64,000 nucleotides of DNA from Azolla caroliniana. Lineage: Eukaryota; Plantae; Polypodiophyta. Location: NCBI GenBank assembly GCA_043228905.1, contig JBHGNT010000005.1:13950001-14014000 (forward strand), written 5' to 3'. The notes beneath the pieces are model-generated. The model was not told the DNA's origin. It worked only from the letters and a program-made list of their open reading frames with translations, and searched no databases. Each line of letters begins with the position of its first letter. Positions within the stretch are counted from its first letter, which is position 1. Positions 35,942-47,215 of this stretch are shown in pieces. Both the position numbers and the translations under genes were made by a program.

Positions 35942-38900
35942 TGTTGAGAAATCGACGCTCCGATTAACCTTCACCACTCGGCCACAACCGAGTAAGCGCG
36001 AATCAATGGAGCAGAAAATAGGAACCACAAAGAGAAACAAAGAAAAACGCGAACACACAGGGATTAACGTGGAAAACCCTAGACGGGAAAAACCACGGGA
36101 GTACAAGACTCCAAACCAACACTATACAGAGAAGTATACAATGGCGAGCTGCAAGGCGACGACCTTGAGCTCGCTGTCCTCGCCACAGGCGGCGGTATTA
36201 CACAGAGGCGTCGACCTCTTCCTCTCTCACGCTCTATCTCTCTCACGCTCTATCTCTCTCACGGCTGCGCTCTCTCTCACGGCTGCTCTCTCTCCACTCC
36301 TCTTGAGTGGAAAAACAGAAAAATGATTAGCAGACTACAAAACTGTTTGCCCTAAGTCATATTTATACATATATGACTTTGGGGCTATTTACAACTATAG
36401 CCTCAGGGGCCCATAGCGAACATATTCACGGATATGTCCCTGCATCCGGATCGCTCTCCGGGTACATTCGTCATCCGGCACCGAAGCTGGGGTCTTCAAC
36501 ATCCGGATCCGAAACCGAAACCGGGCTCGTCGGCATTCATCTCCGACATCCGACCATCCCATCCGAAAGGGATCGTAATCACAACAAACTCCCCCTTCAC
36601 TTCGGCATGGGATGTCTTTCCAATCCGATCCTCTTCCGGCATGCTTCCAGCTTGTCGGGTGTGAGGACCTTGGTCAGCATATCCGACCCGTTCTCGTCCG
36701 TGTGGATCTTTGTCAGCACGAACTCCTTGTCTTCTATCCTTTCCCGGATCCAGTGATATCTTCGCTGGATGTGCTTCGTCCGGGAGTGATAGGCCGCGTT
36801 CTTCGCAAGGTGGATTGCACTCTGACTGTCACAGTAGAGTCGGTACTCCTCCTGCCGGATACCGAGCTCTCTAATGAAGTCCTTCATCCATATTACTTCC
36901 TTGCCGGCTTCAACAGCCGCCATGTACTCCGCCTCCGTAGTTGACAACGCAACCGTCTTCTGCAGCCTCGACTGCCACGAAACAGCTCCCCCTGCATACG
37001 TCATCACATACCCTGATGTGGACCGGCTGGTATCTGCATCAGCCGACATATCCGAATCGGTAAAGCCGTCAAGTTCGGGCTTACCGGAGCCGAATCGGAG
37101 GCACACGTTTGCCGTGTCCTTCAGGTATCGCAGTATCCACTTGACCGCGTTCCAGTGTTCTTTGCCGGGATTGCTCATGTACCGGCTCACCACTCCGACT
37201 GCATATCCGATGTCCGGTCTCGTACACACCATGGCGTACATCAAGCTCCCGACGGCTGAGGCATACGGCACTTTCATCATATCCTCCTTTTCAGCCTTTG
37301 TCTTGGGACTTTGCTTGTTGGACAGCTTGCAGTTTGCCGGGAGGGTCGATCCGACCGGTCTTGCTTCCGACATGTTGAACCGGTGAAGCACCTTCGTCAC
37401 GTACTTCTCCTGTGACAGCCACAGCTGCTTCTTCTTCCGGTCCCGGATGATGTGCATCCCTAGTATTTGCCTCGCCGGACCCAAGTCCTTCATTGAGAAG
37501 GTTCGGTGAAGAGCCTTCTTCAGCATCCGTATCTTGACCTGGTCCCGTCCGACGATCAACATGTCGTCCACGTACAGGAGGAGTATTAGGAAGTCTCCTC
37601 CTTCGAACTTCTTCACAAACACGCAGTGGTCGGACTGCGTTTTGAGGTACCCTTCGTCGGTCATGAAGGAGTCGAATTTCCGGTACCATTGCCGGGGAGC
37701 CTGCTTTAGTCCGTAAAGGCTCTTCTTCAACCGGCATACCAGGTGCTCCTTCCCTTTCTTCTCGAATCCTTCCAGTTGCTGCATGTACATCTCTTCATCG
37801 AGGTCACCGTGAAGGAATGTCGTCTTCACGTCCATCTGTTCTACCTCGAGGTCCATGCTTGCCGCTATGCTCAGCACCGTCCGGATGGAGGTCATCTTCA
37901 CTACCGGGGCAAATATCTCGTCGAAGTCGACGCCCTTCTTCTGCTGAAACCCCTTCACCACGATCCTGGCTTTGTATCTCGGGGGGTTTCCGGCATCTCC
38001 CGGTTTCAGCTTGAACACCCACTTGTTTCGAAGTGCCCGCTTTCCTTTCGGCAACTCCACAAGTTCATATGTGTGGTTCTCATGCAGGGAATCCATCTCG
38101 TCCTGCATGGCACTCAACCACCTGCGGCTCTGGGTGTCGTGCTTTGCTTCTTCAAAGCTCTCCGGCTCCCCCTCGTCGGTTAGCAGCACGTGCTCTGGAT
38201 CCGGAAATCTCCGGGGGGCCCTCCTCTCTCTTAGAGGATATCTCCGTTCGGGAGCTTCGGTAACCGGTTCTTCCGATTCTTCTTCTTCATCCGAATCCAT
38301 TTCGGGATCGGGGCCGGTTCCGGTATCATTTTCATCTTCTTCGGCCGGTTCTGTTTCTTCACCGTCTTCGGCCGGATCCTCGAGTGCTAACCGGTCCCTT
38401 GCCGGTCGGGACTGCTCCTCATAAAGTTGATCCTCACCGGTTGACTTGGAGCTCTTCATCTTCTTCTCCGACTCCCAGTCGGCGAGTGTCTTGTTCTCCA
38501 TGAAGATGATATCACGACTCCGGAATATCTTCTTGTCAACCGGGTCCCATACTCGGTAGCCGAACTCGTCATCGCCGTAACCGAGGAATATGCATGGCCG
38601 GGTCTTTGGATCTAGCTTTCCTCTCCGGTCCTTTGCCATATGCACGTATGCGAGACACCCGAACACCTTCAGATGCCGGTAGGACACTTTCTGCGGCGTG
38701 TCTCCGTCCAAAGGTACTGAGGGTGATCTGTTTATCACGTATGTCGCCGTCGACATTGCCTCAGCCCAAAACCCCTTGGGTAATTTCGCATGCGCCAGCA
38801 TACTCCGGACCCTCTCCATTATGGTCCGGTTCATCCTCTCGGCCAGCCCGTTCAGTTCCGGCGTCTTCGGCACAGTAAACTCGAGTCGGATTCCCTTCGA

Positions 38901-41313
38901 GCGACAGTACTCCTGGAACTGCCCCCGGTATTCCCCTCCGTTATCCGCTCGTATCGCTTTCAGCTTCTTGCCGGATTCCCTTTCCACTCTCGCGTGGAGT
39001 TCTTTGAAGACGCACAACACTTGGTCCTTTGTCTTCATCGGTGCCGTCCACAGTTTTCGGCTATGATCATCGATGAATGTTACGAAGTACTGGGCTCCGC
39101 CATGTGACTTCGTTTCTACCTGACACACATCAGTGTGCACCAACTCAAATGGTGCGCTACGTCTCGTCGGTGGCCTTGAGTGGAAGGAGGTTCGGTTCTG
39201 CTTACCGGCCAGGCAATCGGTGCACTTCTCCAGGTGCACATGCTTCACTGGGATAAGGTTGTCTTCTGCAAGCCTCTTCATCCCCTTCTCACTCATGTGG
39301 CACAGTCTTTTGTGCCACAGCTCACCGGCAGTGTCGGCTGCCACATTCAGTTCTTCCGGACATAACCGGGCATTCATCAGGTACAGTGTGTTGTCTTTCC
39401 GGGCCCGAGCCACTATCAGGCTCCCCTTGCTGAACTTCATTACGCCGTTCCGGATGCTACCTGCGTAGCCTTCATCGTCTAGCCTCCCAGCCGAAATCAG
39501 GTTCAATCGAACCTCCGGAACGTGTCGGACATCCTTCAGCAGCATTTTGCATCCGGTCGGGGTTGTCAACCACACGTCTCCTATGCCGGCAATGCGGCAC
39601 GTACCTTCATTTCCCATCCGAACACAACCATGCTCACCGGCTGTGTAGGATGAGAAGTATCTTCTCTCCGGGGTCAGGTGGAACGATGCTCCGGAATCGA
39701 CCACCCAGGTCGTCTCATCGCCGGCAACGTTTAGTTCACCTTCTTCGGTGATGAGCATGATTTCTTCCTCACTTGCCGCGAGTGCCGTTGTTCCTTTCCG
39801 GTTCTGCCCTCGCCGATCCGAACCTCTCCGGTCCGTGGCTCCCCGGTATGCACCGTTCCTCTCCGGTGACTTCTTCGAATCGGTGTCGTCGGCTCCGTTG
39901 TCTTTTCGGTAATGCCGACAATTCTTTCGGAAGTGCCCCGGTTTCCCACAGTGGAAGCATGTGGGCCTTCCTCTTGACTGCGACCGGGTCCCCGACTTCT
40001 CCCGTCTTTGCGGACTCCGGTTCCATTGTCTTCCCCGATCCGATTCGGTAAGCAGCGCCTTCGGGTCGGAGGCCGGTTCTTTATCTCTCCGACGCGCTTC
40101 TTCGTTCAAAATACTTGTCTTTACCGTTTGCAAGGACAAGTTATCTTCTGTGCAGGAGGTGCTGAGAGTCACCACCAAGTTCTCCCAGCTTTCCGGCAAT
40201 GTACACATCAGGATGATGGCTTGCATTGCATCCTCCAACGGGAACTTGATCGCCGCAAGCTGATTCACGAATCCCATGAACGTGCTTACGTGTTCCACCA
40301 TACTCTCGCCGTCCCGGTACTTGAGATTCACTATCTTCCTCATCAGGGAGGTCCGGTTCAACGCATTCTTCCTCTCATAGAGGCCCGACAGCTTCCGCCA
40401 CATCTCATATGCGTTGGTGTCGTTCGCCACATGTTGTAGAACGCTCACGTCGACGTATTGCCGAATGGTTGCAACGGCTTTCCGGTTCAGAAGCCTCCAT
40501 TCCGACTCAAGTACCCCCTTCGGTATTTCCGACCTGTCAATCGGTTCGTACAGGTCCCGAACAATCAGAAGATCCTCCATCTTGATCTTCCAGTCGGCGT
40601 AATTCTGCGCATTCAGCACCATCATCCCCGGCTGCCCGCTGCCGCCGCCTTCCATTTTCTGCAGCAGTCGCTCTGATACCAGTTTGTTGAGAAATCGACG
40701 CTCCGATTAACCTTCACCACTCGGCCACAACCGAGTAAGCGCGAATCAATGGAGCAGAAAATAGGAACCACAAAGAGAAACAAAGAAAAACGCGAACACA
40801 CAGGGATTAACGTGGAAAACCCTAGACGGGAAAAACCACGGGAGTACAAGACTCCAAACCAACACTATACAGAGAAGTATACAATGGCGAGCTGCAAGGC
40901 AACGACCTTGAGCTTGCTGTCCTCGCCACAGGCGGCGGTATTACACAGAGGCGTCGACCTCTTCCTCTCTCACGCTCTATCTCTCTCACGGCTGCGCTCT
41001 CTCTCACGGCTGCTCTCTCTCCACTCCTCTTGAGTGGAAAAACAGAAAAATGATTAGCAGACTACAAAACTGTTTGCCCTAAGTCATATTTATACATATA
41101 TGACTTTGGGGCTATTTACAACTATAGCCTCAGGGGCCCATAGCGAACATATTCACGGATATGTCCCTGCATCCGGATCGCTCTCCGGGTACATTCGTCA
41201 TCCGGCACCGAAGCTGGGGTCTTCAACATCCGGATCCGAAACCGAAACCGGGCTCGTCGGCATTCATCTCCGACATCCGACCATCCCATCCGAAAGGGAT
41301 CGTAATCACAACA
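35942..41313 (-). mobile_element. Element D: young, intact Tork/Tnt1-like Ty1/Copia nested in C
   Basis: TSD GCTCC (35937-35941 / 41314-41318). LTRs at 35942-36586 and 40685-41313 differ by two substitutions and one 16-bp repeat-unit indel by eye. PBS TGGTATCAGAGCG 40669-40681; PPT AGGGGGAG next to 36587. Confidence 0.97.
36597..40655 (-). CDS. Gag-Pol polyprotein of element D (1352 aa, uninterrupted)
   Basis: CFHCGKPGHFRKNC, WVVDSGASFH, LWHKRLCHMSEKG, VHTDV..DNGGEY..NGLAERMN, LYVDDML, TDSD..STTEAEY..CDSQSAI..SDMLTK. Confidence 0.96.
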   Translation of the reverse strand: MEGGGSGQPGMMVLNAQNYADWKIKMEDLLIVRDLYEPIDRSEIPKGVLESEWRLLNRKAVATIRQYVDVSVLQHVANDTNAYEMWRKLSGLYERKNALNRTSLMRKIVNLKYRDGESMVEHVSTFMGFVNQLAAIKFPLEDAMQAIILMCTLPESWENLVVTLSTSCTEDNLSLQTVKTSILNEEARRRDKEPASDPKALLTESDRGRQWNRSPQRREKSGTRSQSRGRPTCFHCGKPGHFRKNCRHYRKDNGADDTDSKKSPERNGAYRGATDRRGSDRRGQNRKGTTALAASEEEIMLITEEGELNVAGDETTWVVDSGASFHLTPERRYFSSYTAGEHGCVRMGNEGTCRIAGIGDVWLTTPTGCKMLLKDVRHVPEVRLNLISAGRLDDEGYAGSIRNGVMKFSKGSLIVARARKDNTLYLMNARLCPEELNVAADTAGELWHKRLCHMSEKGMKRLAEDNLIPVKHVHLEKCTDCLAGKQNRTSFHSRPPTRRSAPFELVHTDVCQVETKSHGGAQYFVTFIDDHSRKLWTAPMKTKDQVLCVFKELHARVERESGKKLKAIRADNGGEYRGQFQEYCRSKGIRLEFTVPKTPELNGLAERMNRTIMERVRSMLAHAKLPKGFWAEAMSTATYVINRSPSVPLDGDTPQKVSYRHLKVFGCLAYVHMAKDRRGKLDPKTRPCIFLGYGDDEFGYRVWDPVDKKIFRSRDIIFMENKTLADWESEKKMKSSKSTGEDQLYEEQSRPARDRLALEDPAEDGEETEPAEEDENDTGTGPDPEMDSDEEEESEEPVTEAPERRYPLRERRAPRRFPDPEHVLLTDEGEPESFEEAKHDTQSRRWLSAMQDEMDSLHENHTYELVELPKGKRALRNKWVFKLKPGDAGNPPRYKARIVVKGFQQKKGVDFDEIFAPVVKMTSIRTVLSIAASMDLEVEQMDVKTTFLHGDLDEEMYMQQLEGFEKKGKEHLVCRLKKSLYGLKQAPRQWYRKFDSFMTDEGYLKTQSDHCVFVKKFEGGDFLILLLYVDDMLIVGRDQVKIRMLKKALHRTFSMKDLGPARQILGMHIIRDRKKKQLWLSQEKYVTKVLHRFNMSEARPVGSTLPANCKLSNKQSPKTKAEKEDMMKVPYASAVGSLMYAMVCTRPDIGYAVGVVSRYMSNPGKEHWNAVKWILRYLKDTANVCLRFGSGKPELDGFTDSDMSADADTSRSTSGYVMTYAGGAVSWQSRLQKTVALSTTEAEYMAAVEAGKEVIWMKDFIRELGIRQEEYRLYCDSQSAIHLAKNAAYHSRTKHIQRRYHWIRERIEDKEFVLTKIHTDENGSDMLTKVLTPDKLEACRKRIGLERHPMPK

Positions 41314-44300
41314 GCTCCCGATTCGTTTTCTGGTTCCAAGCCCATTACCACATCGGACCATGTCTGGGTCTTGTCTTTCTTTCTTCGGCCGGCTCTGTCC
41401 TTCTTGACTCTGCCGCCTTCTGTTCTTCCCTCACCGGCGCAATCGGCAGTCTCTTTGCCTTTGCCCGTTCCGGTGTCTCTGCCCGTTCCGACCCTCAAGT
41501 GTGGCACGTCGAGATGTTGAACACCAAGCATGTCGGTAAAGTGCTCCAACTTGTCCGATCCGAGCGGCTTGGTGAAGATGTCCGCAACTTGCCGATCCGT
41601 GTGAACATACTGTAGTTCAACTTCACTACTCAAGACCCGCTCACGCACAAAGTGATAATGCACTTCTATGTGCTTCGTGCGAGCATGGAACACAGGGTTC
41701 TTGGTGAGGTACATGTTGCTGATGTTATCACAATAAATCGAGATCGGGGTTGGTACCTCGATTTGCAAGTCTCGCAGCAGTCGCCGAAGCCAAATGGCTT
41801 TGCAGGTGGCAATGGTAGCGCCCCGGTACTCAGCCTCAGTGCTTGATAGAGCCACTGTTGGTTGTTTTTTGCTGCTGCACGCAACAGCTACGCTCCCTAG
41901 GGAAAACATGTAACCAGAAGTGGATCTGTGATCCGACGTATCGCCGACCCAGTCGGCATCTGTGTAACCTACTAGCTCAGCGGTTATACCTCATCGGTAT
42001 AATAGTCCCCGTTCCTTCGTGCCGCTTACATATCGCAGTATACGCTACGCGCACCGAAGGTGCTCCATGGTCGGCTTCTGCATGAACTGACTTACCATTC
42101 CGACCAGATAGCTGATGTCAAGTCGTGTGATAGTCAAGTAAATAAGGCTTCCGACAATTTGTCGGAACCGTTGCTCGTTCCAAGCCGGCCCGGAGTTGGG
42201 ATGAAGCTTCTAGTTCCGGTCCTAGGGTGTGGAGACAGGTCGGCATTTTGTCATGTTGAACTTGTACAGCATATTCAAGATGTAATGTCGTTGTGAGAGT
42301 AATATGCCATCGGGGGTTCGGATCACCTCGATCCCAAGAAAATAATGAAGGTCCCCCAGGTCCTTCATCTCAAATGCGTCCGACAACTAGGACTTGACGC
42401 GGTTAATTTCTGAAACACCCGGTCCGGTGATGACTAGATCATCAACATACAACAGTATACATACCGGACCGGCTGAGCCTTGCTGGATGAACAACGAAGA
42501 GTCCGATTTGGAGGCTACAAACCCCATCTTACGCAACTGGTGCGTGATCTTCGCATTCCATGCTCGAGGGGCTTGCTTCAGGCCATACAACGACTTCTTC
42601 AGCCGGCATACCGCCAACTTGTTCATCTCCGATTGAAAACCGGGAGGCTGAGTCATAAAGACTTCTTCTTCAAGATCACCTTGAAGAAATGCATTCTTCA
42701 CATCAATCTGATGAAGATGCCACCCCCTTGCCGCAGCAACCGCCAACACAACTCGAACCGTCGTCATCTTCGCTATAGGAGCGAAGGTCTCGTCGTAGTC
42801 GATTCCATGGGTTTGCGTGTATCCCTTCGCCACTAATCGGGCCTTGTACTCATTAACTGAACCATCGGCGTTGTACTTTATCTTGTACACCCACTTGTAT
42901 CTGATCGGTTTATAGTGACGGGGAGGGTCAACTAGGTCCCATGTCTCGTTGACATCAAGTGCCCGCATTTCTTCCTCCATAGCGGCACACCAATTTGCGT
43001 CCTTGGCTGCTTCTGTGTAGCTCTCTGGCTCACGCACCTCCGCCACCTTAGTCATGTACGCATAGTGATGCGCCATGTACTCTTTGTACCCGTACCGTTT
43101 GACGGGATCCTTCTGGCGGGTGGACCGACGTATCTCACCGTTACCCGGGTTAAGGCCTTTCTTGGCCGGTTCGGTCTTCGTTGCCGAAGGTCCGCCTTTC
43201 TCCTTAGCGGAGACGGATGCACACTCATCTGACTCATCGTTGCCGGTTTCAAATTCCACCATCTTCTTCCCCTTCTCTTTGCGTGTGAGCCATCTCCTCG
43301 GTTCCTTATGCGGGGAGAGCACGATAGAGTCTCTACCACTTGTCGGTTCCTCATCGGACTGGTCAAATTGACTCATTCGCTCGTTCGGCCCACTCAACCG
43401 AAACGATTCCGGACTCTCATCCTGAGTCCACACTTCATCATCATCTACCTTGGCCGGTTCATGCTCACTGGCCTCATCCTCCAGCATTGGGTCGGATTCG
43501 GAATTCGGAGTCGATAAGGAATACCACGATGCCTATTCATCGAACTCAACGTCTCGACTAACTCGGACTTGCTTTGTCCGGGGGTTATAGCACTTATAAC
43601 CCTTTTGCTCTTGAGCATAGCCGACTAGGATGCATTTTTCCGATTTTGCATCCAGCTTCTTCTGCTTCTCATCCGGTACATGCACATATGCAATGCTATC
43701 GAAGATCTTAAGGTGTCTCAAATTTGGCTTGGGCCCGAAATACAGCTCGTGAGCTGACACCTGGTCACCGATCCCGTTCTGCATGTAGACAGTCGTTTGG
43801 ACTACCTCCACCCAGTAGAATTTCGGCATGCTCTTCTCCTCTAGCATTGCCCTTGGCGCATCAATGAGCAACTGGTTCTTCCTCTCGGCAACACCGTTCT
43901 ATTGCGGTGTGTATCTGCAGTTGAACTCTCGCCTAATTCCCGTTTGTTGCAGATAACTGTTGAATTGGCCAAAAAAGTATTCTTTCCCGTAGTCCGACCG
44001 CAGGCATTTGATCTTCCTCTTCGATTCCCGTTCCACCATGCTTTGGAGACTCCGGAAACACTCGAAGACTTCGCTCTTCCGTTCAATGAGGTAGATCCAT
44101 GTGTGCCGCGTATAGTCGTCGATGAAGGAGACGAAATATCGACTCCTGCCAATACTAACATTCTGTGCCGGTCCCCACACATCCGAATGGATAAGGTCGA
44201 GCTTGTTATGGCTACGGTTCCGTTCGGTTGGGAATGGAAACCGGTGTTGCTTCCCGAGTTAGCAGGCTTCACATACTTGGGCCTTTTGGCCGCTAAACTT

Positions 44301-46217
44301 CGGCAAAACGAAAACAACTTTTTTCATTTGCAGGTCTTGAAGCCTCTGGTAATTGACATGGCCTATCCACTTATGCCACAGGTCAATGTCCGATTCAAGC
44401 TTCTGTCCTTTTGCAAACAGAGCGGTGCCGATGTCGTTGGTCTCGAGGATAAACATCCTCCCAACTCTGCGCCCTTGCGCAATAATCTGGCCCTCTTCCT
44501 CGATGAAGCACCTGAGGTGCGTAAACCGCCCCTGCATCCCCTGGTCGATGATCTATCAGACTGACACCAGGTTCTTCGTGATTGTCGGAACGTGTAATAC
44601 GTTCATCAACTTCCCCTTCTGTCCAACGTGGCTCAAAGGGACTTCTCCGACATGCCCGATTGGGTGAGGAGTGTCGTCTCTGGTTTCGACTACTCCTGGT
44701 TGATCCGGTTTCTCCAAAAAGGAGAACCACTATTTGTGGTTCATCATGTGGTTCGATGCACCGGAATCAACATACCACACTTCCTCTGATTTGGAAGTGG
44801 TCTTCTTCATCCGGATCCCTTCACGTAGTGCGAGCTTTGCCAACCTTGCAGTATCCGGATTTGTCCGAATCAGCTCGTTTTCTCCAGCACTCGCTTTCTC
44901 TGTGGCCCTTTTTGCCACAGTACCAGCATTCCGGAGCAGATATGTCTTGCCGGCCTCTGGCACCACCTTGACTCCCCCTGCCTATGGAAGTCTCGAAACT
45001 ACTGTCGGCACGTTCTCTGTTCCTTCGTTCTTGCTCTTGCCGGCCGCCTCCATGGCGTGCCCCCGACCCACCTCATCCACCACGTCCACACTACCGATCT
45101 GCCTCCGTGTACAGCATCCGACTGTCAGTTGGTGCGCTAGTTGACGCACCGGCGTGGTTCTCCTCTACAAGGAGCATCGACTGTAAGTCGAAAAATGACG
45201 GCGTATTCTCCCTTGTACACACCGCCGTTCGGAACGCTCTGAACTTAGATGCCAGGCCCCCAAGATAGACCTGTACCATCTCGTCTTCCTCTACGGTAAC
45301 GTTGATAGAGGCAAGCGAGTCACAGATCTCTTTGATCTGGGCCGTGTAATCCGCCACCGACATGTCCTTCTGTCGGACATTGCTCAACTCCTGTCGGAGT
45401 TGCAGCTTCCGAGCCGTAGTGCTCGCGGCTAAGACCTTCTTCAAGTTTCCCCAAGCCTCCTTCGGCATCTTGGCGTCTCGGATGTGGCTCAGCAGCTAGT
45501 CTCCGACACTAGACGCAAAGCAGTACATCACTCTGCTTGCCGATTGTTCCCACACTGGGAAATCCTTATGTGCCACATCAGGTGTTGTTTCGTTGGCGCC
45601 TTCAACGTAGCTCCAGTAGCCATGCCCAAGTAGGTACTGGCGCATCTTGTTCGACCAAGATGCGTAGTTGGATCTATTGAGTTTCTCCACAGGGAGCGAG
45701 CTAGCCATCCCTCTATCCATCACTTCTCTATCTGTTGTTCTTATGACATGTTAGGTTTTGCTTTCAAGAGTTTGTCGGCTGCAGAGGTTCTCAACCCTCG
45801 CGCTCTGATACCATGTAAATAATCACTTGCGGAAGCGTTAGACAACAGAGAAAGTAGAGAATACACAGAGTACACGGGAGAGACAGAGAGAGCAGAACCT
45901 CAAAGCTATATTCAAAAATATATATAAACACTCTATACCTACAACTGTGCTCAGTAGCACTATTTATACAAGTCCTCGTGGGACTGACACAAGTACCGCG
46001 TACTTTAATGCTCACACGAGCTTCTGACACTTACTACGAGACTATATTGCCTAGTAGTCTAAACTAATACTAGGCTTCTGGTTACCGATTGGATCCGGCT
46101 AACCAACTCCCCAGCTCACCGGCTCTGTTGCTTGTCGGCTCAGGCTTATCCAGCCGATCCAGCTCTAGTTGAGCTAGCCGCTCAACAAAGGTATTATGGC
46201 CACGCGTCCCAGGAGTG

Positions 46218-46930
46218 TGACGTGAAATACGTGGATTAATCTCCGGCCACAACCGAAGCATAGATCATTTGATGACAATCAAAACACAGATGAAATGGGA
46301 ATGGAGGTAAGTCGACGAAACAGAAAGAGAATACACAGGATATTAACGTGGAAAACCCTGAGAGGGAAAAACCACAGGAGTCCACAAACTCCAAACTATC
46401 ACTCTATAAAGTAATACAACAGGGAGCACAGAGGCAAACGACCGCTTGCTCACAATCTTCGCCTAGCGGCGGTTACAACAGAGACATGCTTTGTATCACT
46501 CTCTCTGTCTCTCTCTCTGTACAGTCGTTACACCAATAACTCTATCATCATAACTATTAAGTTTGCCCTAGGTCATATTTATACTAATATGACTTTCGGG
46601 CTATTTACAAATATAGCCCTAGTGGGCTCTCTGGAATATATTTACATATATGTCCCTTCCATCTGATGAGAGGTTCTCACCGGGCCTGCAACATCCGGTT
46701 CTCACCGGGTCTTCCTTGCCGGGTACTCGTCATCCGGTTCTCACCGGGTCTTCCGTTGCCGGCTACTCCACATCCGGTTCGCACCAGATCTTCCGTTGCC
46801 GGGTACTCGTCATCCGGTTCTCACCGGGTCTTCCGTTGCCGAGTACTCCACATCCAGTTCCGTCCTCGGCCGAGTTGCTCATCAACACTGTTCTTCTCAC
46901 TTCCCATCCGGAGGGACTTGTTTCCTAACA
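46218..46930. mobile_element. Solo LTR of a Tork-like Copia related to D
   Basis: TG...CA ends with TSD GAGTG (46213-46217 / 46931-46935). Shares TTAACGTGGAAAACCCT, GGGAAAAACCAC and GGGCTATTTACAA with the D LTR. Confidence 0.88.
46692..46860. repeat. ~40-bp tandem repeat (about 4.2 copies) inside the solo LTR
   Basis: Units CATCCGGTTCTCACCGGGTCTTCCGTTGCCGG.TACTC(GT/CA) at 46692, 46731, 46771, 46811 and 46851. Confidence 0.9.
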
Positions 46931-47215
46931 GAGTGCTAGTCTGGTGTGCATGCTTCTTAAATATTCTATTTTAAAGTGGATGGGCCTAGTTGGTGCACCT
47001 AAAAAAATCTCGTGATTTGGGGTGATTAGTTAGGTAATTCTAGGTAATGCTAATTTAACTACTAAACCTCATTCCTACTATATACATTTGGTGGGTAGGT
47101 CATGATTTTACCGATGGGGACACGTGGCCTCATTCAAGGCGTCATCCGGGAGCTGGTTTGTGCCGTCGGTCACGGGGAAAGGATTAACTAGGATCGTCCC
47201 GAGGTACGATCGAAG

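Larger units (their letters stand above)
35201..46187 (-). mobile_element. Element C: degenerate full-length Ty1/Copia nested in A; hosts D
   Basis: TSD AAGGT (35196-35200 / 46188-46192). LTRs at 35201-35614 and 45814-46187 differ by a 40-bp indel. PBS TGGTATCAGAGCG 45801-45813; PPT TTGAGGGGGAG. Broken gag (45091-45723), PR WYVDSGASNHM, INT, RT (42387-43487), RNase H (41223-41909). Confidence 0.93.

Noticed and set aside
36612-40676. Many plus-strand ORFs opposite element D
   Set aside because: Shadow ORFs caused by the GC-rich codon usage of the pol gene; no recognisable motifs.
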